Shown in pieces: positions 63,652 through 64,000 of a stretch of 64,000 nt of DNA (the first letter of the stretch is position 1; every line of letters begins with the position of its first letter). Under the pieces are notes generated by a model. It saw only the letters and a program-made list of their open reading frames with translations. It did not search any database and was not told where the DNA came from. Source of the stretch: Amoebidium appalachense (lineage: Eukaryota; Protista; Ichthyosporea); assembly GCA_963693365.1 (NCBI GenBank), contig CAVNZM010000014.1:6758001-6822000 (forward strand), given 5' to 3'. Both the position numbers and the translations under genes were made by a program.

Positions 63652-64000
63652 TATGCCTGCCCGTCCCCATGCGATGGGGGACGGGCACCTTGGTCAGTTC
63701 CCCGTGTCGAGTTAACCGAGGACCTGTGTGGTGTGGATGGGCGTGTGGGCTGTGTGGGTTGGCGTTGTGAGGGGGCCCCTGGGGGCCCCCGCCTTGGTTG
63801 GGGGGGGCGCCGCTGTTGGGGTGTTGTGCCTCTGTGGGCCTCAATGGCTCGGTGGCTTGGGGGTCTCGGGTCTCTGGGGTAGAGTGCTCTCCCCCCTCCC
63901 CCTCCCCCCTAGCCCCGCCCAAACGGGCTTCCAGTGTGAGGGCAAGGCGGTCCCCTAGCCGTTCGAGCATGCTAACCATCGACTGCTCCATACCCCTCAG
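63506..64000 (-). CDS. 3' end of retrotransposon ORF1 (partial)
   Basis: Open frame at the window edge with coiled-coil-like EQSMVSMLERLGDRLALTLEARL, directly upstream of and overlapping the endonuclease ORF. Confidence 0.5.
   Translation of the reverse strand: MRGMEQSMVSMLERLGDRLALTLEARLGGARGEGEGGEHSTPETRDPQATEPLRPTEAQHPNSGAPPNQGGGPQGPPHNANPHSPHAHPHHTGPRLTRHGELTKVPVPHRMGTGRHNADPIPPARTPGAGKGGSARHHTNTRHGAKSGSRGHRHDPPEHSPGST

Larger units (their letters stand above)
52502..64000 (-). mobile_element. Non-LTR retrotransposon (APE endonuclease - repeat linker - RT - RNase H - CCHC); 5' part runs off the window
   Basis: Domain motifs occur in order on the minus strand. The 3' UTR has a GAAA-tetraloop hairpin (52539-52557) and an A-rich tail at ~52502-52522. 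Confidence 0.93.

Overview
Eukaryotic, intron-rich genomic DNA full of (CA)n/(TG)n microsatellites and long poly-C/poly-G runs. Most ORFs in the supplied track are artefacts of these repeats. Manual exon assembly (GT-AG, phase-consistent) gives, in order: the 3' end of eIF5 with two paralogous intronic box C/D snoRNA candidates; a disabled TRAF-like (RING-zinc finger-MATH) gene on the minus strand; an unrecognised gene of at least 9 exons (over 850 aa); a 22-exon KSR-family pseudokinase (about 1125 aa; CC-SAM, C1, degenerate kinase with a very large activation-segment insert); an ERp38/PDI-D-type protein disulfide isomerase with a perfect ERSE (CCAAT-N9-CCACG) upstream; a 5'-inverted LINE fragment; a ~600-bp inverted repeat pair; and a non-LTR retrotransposon of over 11.5 kb (APE-RT-RNase H-CCHC) whose ORF2 carries a ~4.4-kb in-frame Q/P-rich tandem repeat. 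A 5'-truncated interspersed repeat that sits in poly-C tracts occurs about 10 times. KSR together with a PDI-D suggests a non-animal holozoan (ichthyosporean-like); this is inference only. No database searches were run and coordinates were counted by hand.
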